A stretch of 64,000 nucleotides of DNA, from positions 64,001 through 128,000 of the forward strand of contig CBDUPA010000010.1 in assembly GCA_965368975.1 (NCBI GenBank). Direction: 5' to 3'. Positions within the stretch are counted from its first letter, which is position 1. The number at the start of each line of letters is the position of its first letter. The position numbers and the translations under genes were made by a program. Below the pieces are notes generated by a model that made no database searches, had not been told where the DNA came from, and was given only the letters and a program-made list of their open reading frames with translations. The stretch comes from an uncultured bacterium (GTDB lineage: Bacteria > Acidobacteriota > Thermoanaerobaculia > Multivoradales > JAHZIX01). Below, piece after piece: positions 9,708 to 19,618 of this stretch.

Positions 9708-10153
9708 GATGTCACCTTTCATCAGATCACATAGAGTGCTGGTATCTATCCATCCATCCATCCCACCGGCGGAGCTGCACGCTCCGGCAAGGGCCGGCGT
9801 CAATGGGAAGTTCAACTCCACCCGGCATGCTGTTCATTTGATTGTAGAAGCTGCGGTGCGCCTGTCGACCGAACTGACTGGCGTGTGCCCGCTTCTGTTG
9901 ATTAACACTGTCCGCAAGGCAGTAAACCGGGACAACAATCTACACGAAGTACTTCGCGAAAGCCCACGGTAAACGCACTTCAAGCAAAATATCAGTGGAG
10001 CAGGCTCAAATAGAACACGGAAAGGCGCCTAGCCCCCAGGGAGTGAGTATGCTACACTCACAAAGCATGGTACCTGAGCTGTACCAGCTAAGAAACTCGG
10101 AAAGCGGGTCTCTCACAGGAAATTCGAACCAGACCCGGAAGGAAGGACACAGA

Positions 10154-12838
10154 ATGCACCCCGAAGATCACGACTCCAAACTGCTCTCTTCCGCCGACGA
10201 CAACACCAACGACAACGACAACACAGCGGCCGAAAGCACTGCAGAGACTGCTATCGAAGAGCCAAGCACCGCTGCTCCGATCCACGCAACCATGACCCTG
10301 CCAGTGCTTCCGATGCGCCAGAGCGTGCTCTTCCCGCACGCCACCTCGCCGACCGCGGTCGGCCGAGCCGGCAGCTTGCGAGCGGTCGAGAAGGCACTCA
10401 AGACTTCAGAGAAGCTGATCTTCGTCGTCAGCCAGCGCCAACCCTCGGAGCAGGTCGCGCCGGAAGACCTCTACACCATAGGCACAGTGGCCCGCATCGA
10501 CCAGATCCAGCGCGGCTTGGCTGGCGTGCAGTTACTGCTGCGCGGCCTGCACCGCGGTATCGCGGTCCGCATCCGCAAGGAGGGCGATCAGCTCGAAGCC
10601 GTCCTGCGCCCGGCCGAGGAAATGCAACCGCTCGACGCCCAGGACTCAACCTACCTGGCCCTCACGCGCGAGCTGCAGCAGCGCGCCGCGGAGCTGGGCC
10701 AGAAGTCCGGTCTGCCACGCGAAGCAGTGCAACAGGTGCTCTCCGGGCTCCAGGAGCCCGGCCCCCTGAGCGACGTCATCGCCGGGTACCTGGACATCTC
10801 GACCAGCGAAGCCCAGGAACTGCTCGAGACCCTGTCGATCGAGGAGCGCATGCGGCGCGTGCTCGTCCACGTGCAGCGGCAGATCGCCGTCCTCAGCGCC
10901 CAGGAAGAGATCAAGGACAAGGTGCAGGCTGAACTGGGCGATCGCCAGCGCGAAATCGTCCTGCGCGAGCAGATGAAGGCGATCCAGAAGGAACTCGGCG
11001 GCGAGGACGACGGCGAAGACCTAGAAGAACTGCGCGTCAAGCTCGACGAACTGGATCTCTCCGACGAAGTGCGCAAAGAGGTCGACCGCGAGTTCCGCCG
11101 GTTGTCGCGCCTGGGCCGCGAATCGATGGAATCACAGGTAGTGCGCAACTACCTCGAGACCATCACCGAGCTTCCCTGGTCCGAGCGTAGCGACGAACAG
11201 CTCGACCTGCAGCACGCTCAGGACGTCCTGGACCGCGATCACTACGGCCTCGAGGAGGTCAAGGATCGCGTCCTCGAGTTCCTCGCCGTCCACCAGTTGC
11301 GCCAACGCCGTGAAGAAGCCGCACACGCAGAAGAATCGGCGCAAGCGGAGAAGACAGCACAGGCGGAGAAGGCAGTGCCGACGGACACACAAGCCACCGA
11401 CACCCAAACCTCCCCCAACCTGCGAGCCAGCAAGCGCAGTCCGATCCTGCTGTTCGCTGGCCCTCCCGGCGTCGGCAAGACGTCAGTGGCACGCTCGATC
11501 GCCGACGCCATGAGCCGCAAGTACGTGCGTATCTCGCTGGGCGGCGCCCGCGACGAAGCGGACATCCGCGGTCATCGTCGCACCTACGTCGGCGCCATGC
11601 CGGGACGCATCATCCAGGGCATGAAGCAGGCCGGCACTCGCAACCCCGTCTTCCTGCTGGACGAGATCGACAAGCTCGGCGCCTCCTTCCACGGCGACCC
11701 CTCGGCCGCCCTGCTCGAGGTGCTCGACCCGGCACAGAACAACGCCTTCGTCGACCACTATCTGGGCGTCCCCTTCGACCTTAGCGAGGTCATGTTCATC
11801 GCTACCGCCAACGTCCTCCAGAGCATTCCGGCGCCGCTGCTCGACCGCATGGAAGTGGTCGACTTCAGCGGCTACACGGAAGCCGAGAAATTGGCCATCG
11901 CCCGCCAGTACCTGCTACCACGGCAGCTCGAAGAAAACGGCCTGGACGCACAGCAGCTGACGGTCGACGACAGCGGCCTGGGCCAGATCATCACGTCCTA
12001 CACGCGCGAGGCTGGCGTCCGGCAGCTCGAGCGTCAGCTCGGCAAGCTGTGCCGCAAGGTGGCGCGCAAGGTAGCCGGCAGCGGTACGCAGACCGACAGC
12101 GAGACAGACGCGAGCCCGCAGACCTTCACCATTGGCGGCGACAACGTCACCGACCTGCTCGGCCGCCCGCGGATCTACCCGGAGCAAGCGGCGCGCAAGG
12201 ACCAGGTGGGCGTCGCCACGGGCATGTACTACACCGCCGCTGGTGGCGACATCATTTTTGTCGAGGCCACCGCGATGCCCGGCAAAGGACGCCTGCGGCT
12301 CACCGGCCAGCTCGGAGAGGTGATGCAGGAGTCCGGTCACGCAGCCTGGGCCTATGCGCGAACTCACGCCGATGCCCTGCACATCGACCATGACGACCTG
12401 GCCAACATCGATGTGCACATCCACTGCCCAGCGGGCGCCGTGCCCAAGGACGGACCGTCGGCCGGCGTCGCCATGGCCAGCGCCCTGATCTCCCGGCTGT
12501 CCGGGCGCGCTGCGCGTCATGACGTCGCCATGACCGGCGAGATCACCCTCACCGGCCGCGTGCTGCCGATCGGCGGCGTCAAGGAGAAGGTACTCGGCGG
12601 CGTGCGCGCCGGCATCCACACCTTCCTGCTCCCCAAAGCCAATGGGCCAGACCTGGAAGATCTGCCCGAAGACGTGCGCGCCAAGGTCCGGATTCACTTG
12701 GTCGAGCACCTGGGCGAAGCGCTGGCCATCACGCTGCGCGACGCCAGTTACCGCGAAGGTCGCCTGCTGTTCGACAACGAACGACCGGAAGATGTGGTCC
12801 CCCTGGTGCCCTCGATCCCGTCGCAGCTGTCACACTGA
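10154..12838 (+). CDS. lon: ATP-dependent Lon protease
   Basis: LPVLPMRQSVLFP (Lon N-domain), Walker A GPPGVGKT, GHRRTYVGAMPG, catalytic PKDGPSAG and GGVKEK. Confidence 0.95.
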   Translation: MHPEDHDSKLLSSADDNTNDNDNTAAESTAETAIEEPSTAAPIHATMTLPVLPMRQSVLFPHATSPTAVGRAGSLRAVEKALKTSEKLIFVVSQRQPSEQVAPEDLYTIGTVARIDQIQRGLAGVQLLLRGLHRGIAVRIRKEGDQLEAVLRPAEEMQPLDAQDSTYLALTRELQQRAAELGQKSGLPREAVQQVLSGLQEPGPLSDVIAGYLDISTSEAQELLETLSIEERMRRVLVHVQRQIAVLSAQEEIKDKVQAELGDRQREIVLREQMKAIQKELGGEDDGEDLEELRVKLDELDLSDEVRKEVDREFRRLSRLGRESMESQVVRNYLETITELPWSERSDEQLDLQHAQDVLDRDHYGLEEVKDRVLEFLAVHQLRQRREEAAHAEESAQAEKTAQAEKAVPTDTQATDTQTSPNLRASKRSPILLFAGPPGVGKTSVARSIADAMSRKYVRISLGGARDEADIRGHRRTYVGAMPGRIIQGMKQAGTRNPVFLLDEIDKLGASFHGDPSAALLEVLDPAQNNAFVDHYLGVPFDLSEVMFIATANVLQSIPAPLLDRMEVVDFSGYTEAEKLAIARQYLLPRQLEENGLDAQQLTVDDSGLGQIITSYTREAGVRQLERQLGKLCRKVARKVAGSGTQTDSETDASPQTFTIGGDNVTDLLGRPRIYPEQAARKDQVGVATGMYYTAAGGDIIFVEATAMPGKGRLRLTGQLGEVMQESGHAAWAYARTHADALHIDHDDLANIDVHIHCPAGAVPKDGPSAGVAMASALISRLSGRAARHDVAMTGEITLTGRVLPIGGVKEKVLGGVRAGIHTFLLPKANGPDLEDLPEDVRAKVRIHLVEHLGEALAITLRDASYREGRLLFDNERPEDVVPLVPSIPSQLSH
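11321..11374 (+). repeat. 3x18-bp degenerate in-frame tandem repeat in a Lon insertion (AHAEES/AQAEKT/AQAEKA)
   Basis: gcacacgcagaagaatcg gcgcaagcggagaagaca gcacaggcggagaaggca, followed shortly by TDTQA-TDTQT. Confidence 0.7.
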
Positions 12839-12916
12839 GACCCAAGCGGCACAACTTGAACTGACGGGCACGGGCGAGGAGCCCGATCACGGGCTCCATC
12901 TGCAGCGTCAACACTG

Positions 12917-15900
12917 ATGCTGTACACTGGGGCGCCTAGAGATCGGACTTCTATGCCCTGCCCTTTATACTGGTTGTGCCGCTCCCCATCGCGCTTCGCG
13001 TTCTTGGGTTTCCTCCTGCTGCTGCTGGCCTCACCCACAGCTGCCTTGGAACCCGACCGCCAGGTCACGCAGTACATCCACGACACCTGGCCCGTCACCG
13101 CGGATCTACACAGCGCCGGCCCGATCGAGATTCGCGCGTTGGCCCAGACAGGGGACGGCTTCCTGTGGCTGGGCACCTCGGCCGGCTTGGTCCAGTTCGA
13201 CGGTGTCCGGTTCCAGAGCGTCGACTTCGAGGACGTGCGCTTCGAGCGAACCGCCGAGGGCCACCCAGACGCCTGGGAAATCTATAGCCTGCTCACCGAC
13301 GCCCGCGGCACCCTGTGGATCGGGCATCAGCTCGGCCTGGCCTCACTGACCCCCGACGACCCCAGCCGGCAGCCGCAACGCCACCGCATCCCGAGTCGGC
13401 AGGTGCTGAGTCTGACGCAAAGCGGCCCGGACAGCCTGTGGCTGGGGACACGGCGCAACGGCGCCTCCAAGTACACTCCGCAGCTCGATTCCCTCCGCGA
13501 ATCGGCGGCAGGCGACCACTCGAGCGCCGCCGAGGGCGTGCTGGAACATAGCCTCCTGGAGCCCGTCAGCGTGCCAGCATTGGTCGAGGATCCACGGCGC
13601 CAGCGCCTGTGGCTCGGTACGACCAACGGCCTGACGGAGATCGACTGGAGCCAGCCTGAACCGTCGGTCGTCCGCACCTGGGGCCTCGACGACGGCCTGA
13701 CCACCCCGCAGGTTCAAGCACTCTGCCGTGGCGCCGACGGCAGCTTGTGGATCGGCACACGAACCGGACTGCACCGCCTGCTGCGCGAGAACCTGGAACC
13801 GATCCCCGAATTCGCCGGCACCAGCGTCACGGCAATGTATCGTGACCGCAGCAACGACCTGTGGGTCGGTACCGAGGACCAGGGCGTGTGGCTACTGCGT
13901 ACCGGCACTTGGCAGCAGTTGCCGCTCCCGAGCCGTCTCGATCCAACCACCTCCCCCCGCGTCTCCAGCTTCCTCCAGGACAGCGACGGCAGCCTGTGGA
14001 TCGGCACCGCGGACGCCCAACTGCACCAACTCAAGGACGGCCAGTACCGCAGTTTCGGACCAAGCGAAGGCATGAGCACTATCGGCGCTCGCCACGTCGC
14101 CGAGGACCGCACCAGTGGTGACATCTGGGTGACCACCAATGATGCTCGCCTCAATCTCATCCGGCGACAAAAGGTAGTGCCACTGCCACCGCCTCTGAAG
14201 CGTGCGCTGGAAGACCCGAACAATAACCAGCAGCTGAGCGCACTCTACCAAGCGCCTGACGGACCTCTGTGGATGGGTACACGCGATGGCGTCCTGTGGC
14301 GCTACGAGAACGGTGACCTGACCTCGATCCAGCTCCCTAGCACGGCCTATGGCGAGAAGGCCTGGGCACACACCATCGCACAAGACGCTGACGGCAACCT
14401 CTGGGTCGGCACGCTGCAGGACGGCCTCTTCAGGCTACGCCCGGATGGAACCGGTCATCAGCACTTCACCATCGCCAATACCGAGCACCTACCGCACAAC
14501 ACCATCCGCGTGTTGTTCCTGGACTTCTACCGACGGCTCTGGATCACCACCCTCGACGGTGTCACCTACTATCGTGACGGCCGCTTCGCCAGTCCCAACG
14601 ATCCTCTGCTCGAGCGCCTGCCTCGATTCGTCCACTCCTTCTATGAAGACAGCCAGCACACCCTCTGGATGGGCACCGAGGGTGGCCTCTACTGGCTCCA
14701 CCAGGGCCAGGTCGACTATCTCGATTACAGCCGCGGCCTGTACAACGACATCATCTACGCCATCGCGGCCGACGAGTATGGCCAACTCTGGTTCGGAACC
14801 CAAGCCGGAATCTTTTACATCCAGCAACCTGAGCTCAAGGCCTTGATGAACGGGGAGCAGCAGACCGTCACCTCGATCCCGCTGGCCAACCAGCAAGAAA
14901 TCGAGTGCTATGGCCCCCGTCCCAACATCGGTACCGCGGCACGCGACGGATCGATTTACTTCGCCACCACCAGTTCCCTGGTGCAGATCGATCCAGCCAA
15001 AGTTTCGCCGCCGGCACCACCGCCGATCATCATCGAGTCGATCATCGCCGACGGCGAGGAGCTCCCCCACCAGGAGACCATCCTCCTGTACGCCGGCGTG
15101 CGCAAGCTGGAGATCTTCTTCACCTCTCCTTACCTCAAAGAGCCCGGCCGACTGATCTTCAGCTACAGGATGCAAGGACTGCCACAAGGCGCGACCATCG
15201 CCACCGAACGCAAGGCAGTCTTCACCAACCTGACTCCCGGAGACTACCGCTTCGACGTCTGGGCCGAGCAACTCGACGGCGCCGACACCCCTATCACCTC
15301 GTGGCGGCTGCGCATCGAACCACCCTACTACCAGCGCCCGCCGGTGCAGGCCCTGGCTCTGCTGCTGCTACTGGTTGTCGGCCGCGGCATCTACCGCCTG
15401 CGTCTACAGCAGCTGCTGAGCCGCAACCAGGACCTCGAAGACACGATCGCCGAGCGCACCGCCGAGGTCATCGAGCAACGCGAACAACTGCGCCTGCACA
15501 ACCGGCAACTGGCACACGCCAACCAAGAACTGCAGCACGCCAACGAGCAGCTACAAGACCTCAACCGGCAGAAGGCGGACTTCTTGGCCATCGCTGCCCA
15601 CGACCTGCGCACACCCCTGGTCAACCTCAAAGGCTTCGCCAGCGAGACAGGCCTGCTGCTCGGACGACTTTTCGAGGTCGCCGCACCGGTTCTCGAAGAG
15701 CACGCGCCACACAGCCGCGAGCAGCTGCAAGAACTCCTGCACGAGGAGGCGCGAGAATCGCTCGAGTACATCCACAGCTCGACCGACCGCATGGACGCAT
15801 TGATCAAGGGCATCCTGATGCTGTCGCGCCTCGGGCGGCGCCAGCTGCAACTGGAGAGTGTCGACCTGCAGGAGCTGGCACGCCAGGTCCTGGGCAATCT

Positions 15901-16321
15901 GAGCTACGAGGTCGTGCGCAAGAAAGTGCGCGTCAACGTCGGCTCGCTGCCCAGCGTGACCGCCGATCTGTCCGCGATGGAACAGACGCTGGAAAACTTG
16001 CTGCGCAACGCTGTCAGCTATCTCGACCCGAGCCGTACCGGCGAGGTCGACATCCGCTCCGAACGGCACGCCGACGAAGTACGCGTCCACATCCGTGACA
16101 ATGGCCGCGGTATCGCCCCCAACCAACGCGACAAGGTATTCAAGATCTTTGGCCGCGCGGGGCGCAACGACGACGTGCCCGGTGAAGGCATCGGCCTCGC
16201 CTCTGTGCGCACCCTGATCGAACGTCACGGCGGGCGGATCTGGTTCGAGTCCGAGGTCGGAGTCGGTACCACCTTCACCTTCAGCCTCCCCGATCCCCCC
16301 GTCCGTGCGGTGACGAGCTGA
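12917..16321 (+). CDS. Sensor histidine kinase with periplasmic two-component-regulator beta-propeller and Y_Y_Y domain
   Basis: Many D..G.LW.GT blades, AVFTNLTPGDYRFDV (Y_Y_Y), TM helix, coiled coil, H-box AAHDLRTPL, N-box NLLRNA, DNGRGI, GEGIGLA; true start may be ATG 12953. Confidence 0.92.
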   Translation: MLYTGAPRDRTSMPCPLYWLCRSPSRFAFLGFLLLLLASPTAALEPDRQVTQYIHDTWPVTADLHSAGPIEIRALAQTGDGFLWLGTSAGLVQFDGVRFQSVDFEDVRFERTAEGHPDAWEIYSLLTDARGTLWIGHQLGLASLTPDDPSRQPQRHRIPSRQVLSLTQSGPDSLWLGTRRNGASKYTPQLDSLRESAAGDHSSAAEGVLEHSLLEPVSVPALVEDPRRQRLWLGTTNGLTEIDWSQPEPSVVRTWGLDDGLTTPQVQALCRGADGSLWIGTRTGLHRLLRENLEPIPEFAGTSVTAMYRDRSNDLWVGTEDQGVWLLRTGTWQQLPLPSRLDPTTSPRVSSFLQDSDGSLWIGTADAQLHQLKDGQYRSFGPSEGMSTIGARHVAEDRTSGDIWVTTNDARLNLIRRQKVVPLPPPLKRALEDPNNNQQLSALYQAPDGPLWMGTRDGVLWRYENGDLTSIQLPSTAYGEKAWAHTIAQDADGNLWVGTLQDGLFRLRPDGTGHQHFTIANTEHLPHNTIRVLFLDFYRRLWITTLDGVTYYRDGRFASPNDPLLERLPRFVHSFYEDSQHTLWMGTEGGLYWLHQGQVDYLDYSRGLYNDIIYAIAADEYGQLWFGTQAGIFYIQQPELKALMNGEQQTVTSIPLANQQEIECYGPRPNIGTAARDGSIYFATTSSLVQIDPAKVSPPAPPPIIIESIIADGEELPHQETILLYAGVRKLEIFFTSPYLKEPGRLIFSYRMQGLPQGATIATERKAVFTNLTPGDYRFDVWAEQLDGADTPITSWRLRIEPPYYQRPPVQALALLLLLVVGRGIYRLRLQQLLSRNQDLEDTIAERTAEVIEQREQLRLHNRQLAHANQELQHANEQLQDLNRQKADFLAIAAHDLRTPLVNLKGFASETGLLLGRLFEVAAPVLEEHAPHSREQLQELLHEEARESLEYIHSSTDRMDALIKGILMLSRLGRRQLQLESVDLQELARQVLGNLSYEVVRKKVRVNVGSLPSVTADLSAMEQTLENLLRNAVSYLDPSRTGEVDIRSERHADEVRVHIRDNGRGIAPNQRDKVFKIFGRAGRNDDVPGEGIGLASVRTLIERHGGRIWFESEVGVGTTFTFSLPDPPVRAVTS

Positions 16322-18718
16322 ATGAGACACCAGAGCCGATGCCCCCTGCGCACCTTGCTGCTGCCGACTTTGGTAGTCCTGCTGACTGCCTCGGTGTCCG
16401 GTCCTCTGTGGGCCCTTGACCCCGAGACGCCGCTGAGCGAGCTCCAGATCGACACCTGGACTCCCCAGGAGGGCCTGCCCAACAGCTCTGTGCCTGCGAT
16501 CGCCCAGGACACGCCGGGGTATATGTGGATCGGTACCGAACAGGGGCTCACCCGCTTCGACGGCCTCAACTTCCACACCCTGACCACCAAAGACAGTCGC
16601 GCACTACCCAGCAACACCATTTCGGCCATCACGCCGAGTCCGGACGGCAGCCTGTGGATTGGAACCCGCTACGGTCTGGCTCTGCTGCAGCAAGGCCGCC
16701 TGCTGGCGCCGCGCAACACCATGCTGCAGACCCCAATCAACGAAATCGAGCTGGACCTCGATCAGCAGCGGCTGTGGATCGCGTCCCTCAGCGGCCTGGC
16801 GGAGTACGACACAGAGACACAGACCGTCACCCGTCGCTACGAGCGTATAGAGAAGCTGCACGAGTTGACCGGACACCAGGAGCAACGCAGCACGACGCTG
16901 GCCGTGTTGCCCGACGACGACATTCATGCCCTGCTCATGGACGACGACGGCAGCCTGTGGCTGGGAACCAACAACTCCGGCCTCTTGTTGCTGCGTGACA
17001 GCAGAATCACCATCATTCCCACCGAACCCTCGAACAATCGCCCGTTGCTGATTCTCTCCTTGCAGCGACATCCGGTCCACGGCCTGCTGGCCGGCACGGT
17101 CGGGCAGGGTGTCTGGCAGCTGCGCGACGGCAACCTGGTTCGCTTCGAGCCGACTCTCGATACGCTGCTGATCGCCTTCGAAATGCTGACCGACCGCGAC
17201 GAGAACCTGTGGATAGCGGGCTACAACCAGATTGCGCGTGTGACCCGCGAGGGTCTCGCCGAAGTCATCGCCCCCCCCGTAGGACAGGCTGTCTACGCCC
17301 TGGCCGAAGACCTGCGTGGCGACATCTGGTACGGCACGACCGAAGGCGGCCTCAGCCGCGTGCGCGACCCACGCCGACGCCAGGGCCCGAGCACCCAGGG
17401 TGCCGAAGCACCGCTACCTCGGCTGGAACAGATCCTGGTCAACCGGGCAGAGATCTCCGCGGATGCCCTCAAGAGCCCCGTGTCCGGCAACATCGACCTG
17501 GCTTTCCGCTTCAGCATCTTGGCCCTGCGCGACCAAGAACAGCTGCGTGTCGGCTGCCGCCTGCAAGGGCTCGAAGACGAATGGCGTGCCCTGGGACCTC
17601 GCCGCGGTGTCGACTACACCAACGTACCACCAGGCTCCTACACGTTCGAGATCGCCGTCCGGCGCCAGGGCGAAGACGACGAAGTGACGCTCAGCCACGC
17701 CTTCCTCATCCCACGGCCGATCTACCGGACTTGGCCCTTCTACCTCGCGCTGCTCGCTTTCGCTGCCTTCCTCAGTCGTACCTTCTACCGCTTGCGGGTA
17801 CGGCGCGTCTTGCAGCGCAAGCGGCGTCTCGAGGCCAAGGTCGAGGCTCGGAAGAACGAGATCCTGAACCAGACGAAGCGTCTGGCCGACCTGCAAGAAC
17901 AGCGCGAGCAAGCGCACCTGCAGCTGCGCCAAGCCAACCGTGAACTCAAGACCTTGAACCGTGAGAAGACCGACTTCCTGGCGATCGCCACTCACGACCT
18001 GCGCACTCCACTGCTCAACGCCAAAGGCTTCGCCGGTGAGCTGCGGGTCGCCCTCGACGAGGTGCGCGCCGTGCTGCAGCCCGCGCTGGAGAACCTGTCC
18101 GAGCGGGATCGCCAGGAGATCGAGGCGATCCTCGACCAAGAGCTGCCCGAAACCATGGGCTTCATCGACTCGGCCGCCGACAGCATGACCCGGCTGATCG
18201 ATCCCATCCTCAAGCTGTCCCGCTTCAGCCGCTGCGAGTTGACCTTCTTGGAACTCGACCTCGACACGCTGGCAAGAAGTGTCAAACTCGCCCTCGAGCC
18301 TCTACTCGAAGAATCCAAGGCGCGCTTGGTACTCGAGCCGCTACCAACCATCCAGGCGGACCCGGCGGCCTTGGAAGAAGTTCTACGCCAGATGTTGCGC
18401 AACGCCCTGCACTACCTCGACCCCCACCGTCCCGGCGAAGTCCGCGTCTACGGTGACCGCGGCAAAGACACCACGACAATTCACGTGCGCGACAATGGCG
18501 TCGGCATCTCCGCCGAGCAAGAAGCCAAGGTCTTTCGCCTCTTCGGCCGCGGCGGCCAGACCAGCGCTCCCGGTCGCGGCATGGGCCTGGCCTATGTGCG
18601 CACACTGATCCAGCGCCACGGTGGCCACGTCTGGTACGTGTCGCAGCCCAAGCGCGGTACCACCTTCAGCTTCAGCATCCCCAATCAACCCCTCAAGCCC
18701 GAAGAGCATCTCATCTAA
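16322..18718 (+). CDS. Second, shorter beta-propeller sensor histidine kinase (paralogue)
   Basis: ATG directly follows the upstream TGA; signal peptide, GLPNSSV..IAQD..GYMWIGT, YTNVPPGSYTFE, ATHDLRTPL, DNGVGI, GRGMGLA. Confidence 0.92.
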   Translation: MRHQSRCPLRTLLLPTLVVLLTASVSGPLWALDPETPLSELQIDTWTPQEGLPNSSVPAIAQDTPGYMWIGTEQGLTRFDGLNFHTLTTKDSRALPSNTISAITPSPDGSLWIGTRYGLALLQQGRLLAPRNTMLQTPINEIELDLDQQRLWIASLSGLAEYDTETQTVTRRYERIEKLHELTGHQEQRSTTLAVLPDDDIHALLMDDDGSLWLGTNNSGLLLLRDSRITIIPTEPSNNRPLLILSLQRHPVHGLLAGTVGQGVWQLRDGNLVRFEPTLDTLLIAFEMLTDRDENLWIAGYNQIARVTREGLAEVIAPPVGQAVYALAEDLRGDIWYGTTEGGLSRVRDPRRRQGPSTQGAEAPLPRLEQILVNRAEISADALKSPVSGNIDLAFRFSILALRDQEQLRVGCRLQGLEDEWRALGPRRGVDYTNVPPGSYTFEIAVRRQGEDDEVTLSHAFLIPRPIYRTWPFYLALLAFAAFLSRTFYRLRVRRVLQRKRRLEAKVEARKNEILNQTKRLADLQEQREQAHLQLRQANRELKTLNREKTDFLAIATHDLRTPLLNAKGFAGELRVALDEVRAVLQPALENLSERDRQEIEAILDQELPETMGFIDSAADSMTRLIDPILKLSRFSRCELTFLELDLDTLARSVKLALEPLLEESKARLVLEPLPTIQADPAALEEVLRQMLRNALHYLDPHRPGEVRVYGDRGKDTTTIHVRDNGVGISAEQEAKVFRLFGRGGQTSAPGRGMGLAYVRTLIQRHGGHVWYVSQPKRGTTFSFSIPNQPLKPEEHLI

Positions 18719-19048
18719 ACCTGATCCGCTCGATCAAAAAAATAGACACAACACTTTACCGCAAGCGGCTAGTACTCATCCGGCAAACCGCAATCCGACC
18801 TTCCCGCCCGCCACCCTCCTCGCTTCATGGCCAAAAAATTACCCCACCTAATACTTAAGAATAAAACCTGCTTCAAACTTATATATAATTTTACACATGA
18901 ATAATCAGCCTGCTGAAGGCATATATATATCATGGCTCTTGGCAAGCCAGGGCGTATTGAAATAAACCGGCTTCCGTGCCCCTCTAATCTCTTTCAACAG
19001 ATCAATCCGCCCATCACGCCAGAACTGAAGGAAAATCCCAAAAAATCC

Positions 19049-19078
19049 TTGACATCAATAAATGAGGCGAAGGATAAT
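19049..19078 (+). promoter_or_regulatory. sigma70-type promoter of the borosin precursor
   Basis: TTGACA (19049-19054)-N18-GATAAT (19073-19078), preceded by A-tracts, in an AT-rich 468-bp intergenic region. Confidence 0.7.
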
Positions 19079-19186
19079 CACGTATTGGCCACGGAGGAGG
19101 GACCTGGCCCAGACGCAATTCGGGGACCTAGTTCATCAAACCGCTGTCGATCTTGAGGAGGATCGACACACAGAGGAGGTGTACCC

Positions 19187-19423
19187 ATGTCTGCTACCCT
19201 GACTCATTTTCTGATCGAAGTCGGAGAAAACCCTCACAAGATGATCGAGCTGCAGCGTAACCCAGAAGAAATTCTGCGCGCTGCCGGCCTGCCGGCCGAC
19301 GCGGCCGACGCCGTGCTCCACCGTGATGCTGAACGCATCACGCATCTGCTGTCCGGCGAGGCCGAAGTCCTGCCGGCGATCTTCCAGATCACCACCGCCC
19401 TGGAGGATCTGCACGCTAGCTGA
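19187..19423 (+). CDS. Split-borosin RiPP precursor peptide (borosin-binding domain plus C-terminal core)
   Basis: Strong GAGGAGGT RBS. LTHFLIEVGENP..MIELQRNPEEILRAAGLP...DAVLHRD matches the helical leader pattern I recall for SonA-type precursors. C-terminal core EVLPAIFQITTALEDLHAS. Adjacent to a borosin methyltransferase. Confidence 0.85.
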   Translation: MSATLTHFLIEVGENPHKMIELQRNPEEILRAAGLPADAADAVLHRDAERITHLLSGEAEVLPAIFQITTALEDLHAS

Positions 19424-19511
19424 AGCTCGTCGCCTGCTGCTCTCCTGAGCCCAACCGTCCCCGATCCGGGCTCTTTGAGCGGCTGAGCCGCGAACCGAAG
19501 CGAACTCGACG

Positions 19512-19556
19512 CTCCGGGCTTGGCGATCAAAGCCGGGCCCGGAGTTTCGTGTTTCT
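19512..19556 (+). terminator. Stem-loop with T-rich tail between precursor and methyltransferase (leaky terminator or stabiliser)
   Basis: ctccgggc (19512-19519) / gcccggag (19537-19544) followed by tttcgtgtttct. Confidence 0.55.
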
Positions 19557-19618
19557 GGACGTACGATTCCCAGAATCTTTCGTGCGGCCACGTGCCGCAC
19601 CAGTAGGAGTCCCAGGGC

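Noticed and set aside
10154-12838. Lon as the dedicated borosin maturation protease
   Set aside because: It is 6 kb away, is a processive housekeeping protease, and the precursor has its own promoter; proximity is the only support
19187-19423. LigA-like extradiol dioxygenase alpha subunit
   Set aside because: The fold is shared, but no LigB partner is present and the neighbour is a borosin methyltransferase
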